A DNA stretch of 34,702 nt from assembly GCA_964641285.1 (NCBI GenBank), contig CAZXKB010000029.1, positions 1 to 34,702 of the forward strand, given 5' to 3'. This DNA comes from an uncultured Gammaproteobacteria bacterium (GTDB lineage: Bacteria; Patescibacteriota; Patescibacteriia; Patescibacteriales; CAZXKB01). Of this stretch, positions 32,191 to 34,702 are shown piece after piece. Both the position numbers and the translations under genes were made by a program. Numbering within the stretch: the first letter of the stretch is position 1; each line of letters begins with the position of its first letter. The notes beneath the pieces are model-generated. The model had not been told where the DNA came from and did not search any database. It worked only from the letters and a program-made list of their open reading frames with translations.

Positions 32191-34702
32191 ATGCCCATCC
32201 CGCAATTAAACTATAAAAATAAAAAATCCCAAAGTTGGCGCACAGGCAAAAAAAAGTATTATATTTCCAGAAAGAAAAAAAGTAACTGGAGCGGACAAAA
32301 AAAGGGTAAAAGCAAAAATAGAAATACTAGCCTTTTTGATAGTGGAAAAAAATGGCTCTATAGCTTTAAAAGAAAATTTCTAATTATCGCCTCACTAACA
32401 ATGCTGGCTGGCATTTTATCTATCCTTTTAATGGTCGCTTGGATATCACGGGATTTGCCCGACCCTAACCGCTTAATTGAGCGCGAAATTGCCCAAAGCA
32501 CGAAAATTTATGACCGAACCGGCGAGACTATTCTTTATGATATTCACGGCAGTGAAAAAAGGACCATGGTCAATATAGAAGAAGTTCCGGATTATTTGAA
32601 ATGGGCCACGATTGCTATTGAAGATAAAAATTTTTATGAGCATAAAGGCATAAGTCTTTGGGGCATATTCAGAGGCGTTGTTTGGCAAACTATTCGCGGG
32701 AAAAGAGCCCAAGGCGGTTCAACTTTAACTCAACAGTTTGTAAAAAACGCCATTCTAACTCCGGAAAGAAAAATTACCCGCAAAATTAAAGAATGGATGC
32801 TTTCCTATAAAATTGAAGAAAAGTTCTCTAAAGACGAAATTCTACAAATGTATTTTAATGAAATACCCTATGGCTCCACCGCTTACGGGGTAGAGGCGGC
32901 GAGCCAGCGCTATTTTGGCAAAAGTGTTAAAGAAATAAATTTACCTGAAGCCGCCATTCTCGCCGCTTTGCCGCAAGCCCCTAGCCGCTATTCGCCTTAT
33001 GGATCAAATAAAGATTTATTAATCTCAAGACAGCACTATATCCTGGATTTAATGCTAGAGCAGGGTTATATTACTGAGGCCAAAGCTGAAGCGGCCAAAA
33101 TGTATGAACTAAAATTTGAACCCCCGGCGGAAAAAATAACCGCTCCGCATTTCGTTATGTATGTAAAAGAAATCCTTTCGGAAAAGTACGGCGAGAAAAT
33201 GGTTGAACAAGGCGGTTTAAAGATATATACGACTCTGGATTTATATAAACAAAAAATTGCCGAGGAAATAATCGCAGACCGGGCGGAAAAAAATGAAGAA
33301 AACTGGGAGGCGACCAATGCGGCTTTAGTTTCCCTGGACCCGAAAACCGGACAAATTTTAACTATGGTCGGCTCAAAGGACTATTTCAATGAAGAAATTG
33401 ACGGCCAGGTAAATATCACTACCAGCAACCGACAGCCCGGCTCCTCGCTTAAACCCCTAATCTATTCAACCGCTTTTTTAAAAGGCTATACGCCCAATAC
33501 TATCCTTTACGATGTGGTCACCAACTTCTCCCATGACCCGAGTGAACCTTATGAACCACATAATTATGACAGCCAAGAACATGGCCCGGTTACTATTCGC
33601 CAAGCTTTGGCCGGCTCCCTTAATATCCCGGCGGTTAAAACTATTTATTTGGCTGGCATAGACAACGTTTTGGATTTAGCTCAAGACGTAGGTTATACTA
33701 CTTTGAACGACCGCGACCGCTTTGGCTTGTCCTTGGTCTTGGGTGGCGGGGAAGTAAAATTGATTGAGCACGCCAATGCCTACAGCGCTTTTGCTCGCGA
33801 GGGTATTTTGCATCCCCTTAATGCTATTTTAAAAATAGAAAATGCTGAGGGCGAAATCATTGAAGAATTCTCTTTACAGGAAAAAAAGGTGCTTGACTCT
33901 AAAATTGCCCGCCTGACAAACGACATTCTATCAGATAATAGCGCTCGGGCTTTTGCTTTTGGGGAAAGAAACTGGCTAACTCTGGGTTCCCGGCCGGTAG
34001 CGGCAAAAACCGGCACCACTAATGATTATCGCGACGCCTGGACGATTGGCTATACGCCGTCAATTGTTACCGGGGTTTGGGTCGGCAACAATGATAATAG
34101 TGAAATGAAACGAGGGGCTGCCGGAGGCACGGTTGCCGCGCCTATTTGGCATGACTTTATGGAAAAGGTTTTAGGAGATACGCCAATAGAATATTTTAAA
34201 AACCCCGATATTGCCAAAACCGGCAAGCCAGTCCTGGACGGCGAGGCCGGTATGGCTAAAACCGTAAGAATTGATACGGCTTCCGGCCTGCTGGCTACGG
34301 AGTTTACACCCGAGAATTTAATTGAGGAAAGGGTTTATTTTGAGCCTCACTGCATTCTCTATTTTGTTAAAAAAGACGATCCGCTCGGCGATCCCCCTAA
34401 AGACCCGGCTAAAGACCCGCAATTTGACTTGTGGGAAGAACGGGTCTTGGCCTGGGCGGAGAAAGAGGCTACTTCCACTCTGGCTGCCGAGCCCTTGCCG
34501 ACTGAATTTGACAATCTGCACTTAGAAGAAAATCTGCCCAAAGTTGAAATCCTTGCCCCAACCAATAACCAGACCATGCTTAACTCCTTGCTCGTAGCCC
34601 GCCTTAAAGCCACCGCTCCCCGAGGCATTTACAAAGCTGAATATTACATTGATGATAATCTGCTTTTTGTTAATTATTCTTATCCTTTTAATCTGGAGAA
34701 AA
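32191..34702 (+). CDS. Class A penicillin-binding protein (GT51 transglycosylase + transpeptidase); 3' end outside the window
   Basis: Not in the ORF track because there is no stop before the window end. From ATG 32191 there is a basic cytoplasmic tail and one TM (LIIASLTMLAGILSILLMVAWI). GT51 motifs are EDKNFYEHKG and GGSTLTQQ. Transpeptidase motifs are SxxK (GSSLKP), SxN (GSLNIP) and KTGTT. Confidence 0.92.
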   Translation, partial: MPIPQLNYKNKKSQSWRTGKKKYYISRKKKSNWSGQKKGKSKNRNTSLFDSGKKWLYSFKRKFLIIASLTMLAGILSILLMVAWISRDLPDPNRLIEREIAQSTKIYDRTGETILYDIHGSEKRTMVNIEEVPDYLKWATIAIEDKNFYEHKGISLWGIFRGVVWQTIRGKRAQGGSTLTQQFVKNAILTPERKITRKIKEWMLSYKIEEKFSKDEILQMYFNEIPYGSTAYGVEAASQRYFGKSVKEINLPEAAILAALPQAPSRYSPYGSNKDLLISRQHYILDLMLEQGYITEAKAEAAKMYELKFEPPAEKITAPHFVMYVKEILSEKYGEKMVEQGGLKIYTTLDLYKQKIAEEIIADRAEKNEENWEATNAALVSLDPKTGQILTMVGSKDYFNEEIDGQVNITTSNRQPGSSLKPLIYSTAFLKGYTPNTILYDVVTNFSHDPSEPYEPHNYDSQEHGPVTIRQALAGSLNIPAVKTIYLAGIDNVLDLAQDVGYTTLNDRDRFGLSLVLGGGEVKLIEHANAYSAFAREGILHPLNAILKIENAEGEIIEEFSLQEKKVLDSKIARLTNDILSDNSARAFAFGERNWLTLGSRPVAAKTGTTNDYRDAWTIGYTPSIVTGVWVGNNDNSEMKRGAAGGTVAAPIWHDFMEKVLGDTPIEYFKNPDIAKTGKPVLDGEAGMAKTVRIDTASGLLATEFTPENLIEERVYFEPHCILYFVKKDDPLGDPPKDPAKDPQFDLWEERVLAWAEKEATSTLAAEPLPTEFDNLHLEENLPKVEILAPTNNQTMLNSLLVARLKATAPRGIYKAEYYIDDNLLFVNYSYPFNLEK

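Noticed and set aside
32473-34628. Several 67-89-aa ORFs on both strands (32473..32712, 33066..33317, 33780..34019, 34318..34521, 34322..34525, 34359..34628)
   Set aside because: All fall inside the PBP1A reading frame, which is continuous from 32191 to the window end and carries every GT51 and transpeptidase motif.
1-34702. CRISPR arrays, rRNA genes, IS elements, integrases and prophage genes
   Set aside because: None were found. The only repeats are the short ones listed. A mobile origin is suggested only indirectly, by the tRNA-His fragment and the TA module.

Overview
This is an AT-rich, tightly packed bacterial window. It uses the standard genetic code: TAA, TAG and TGA all act as stops, and I saw no sign of UGA recoding. 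Most of it is housekeeping. Genes present are yebC (partial, at the left edge), a PGI/PMI-type sugar isomerase, tsaD, ppsA, an archaeal-like UMP kinase, comM/yifB, recA, efp, rpsF-ssb-rpsR, ychF, rpsO-NYN-pnp, a GalT-like HIT enzyme and a class A PBP (partial, at the right edge). There are four tRNAs: Glu-UUC, Leu-UAG, His-GUG and Arg-UCU. The gene set includes a small TrbC/VirB2-like pilin, an orphan solute-binding lipoprotein, archaeal-type central enzymes, and K/E-rich or RGG tails on ribosomal and RNA-handling proteins. This is what I would expect from a Patescibacteria/CPR-like reduced genome, but that is inference only. The accessory-looking part is about 18.7-26.6 kb. It holds an OmpR-type response regulator and a soluble GAF + 5xPAS histidine kinase. 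These are followed by a separately promoted gene that fuses a CheY-like receiver to an RlmN/Cfr-type radical SAM methyl synthase, which is the best candidate for something undescribed. Next come a YjbQ/membrane-protein operon behind a tandem palindromic operator, a Doc toxin with an excisionase-type HTH partner, and tRNA-His followed by a 3'-half duplicate of itself. Several non-coding patches look structured: the ssb-rpsR spacer, the region upstream of ppsA, and the rpsO, pnp and rpsF leaders. I found no rRNA, CRISPR array, transposase or integrase. All family calls come from reading motifs by eye; no database search was possible.
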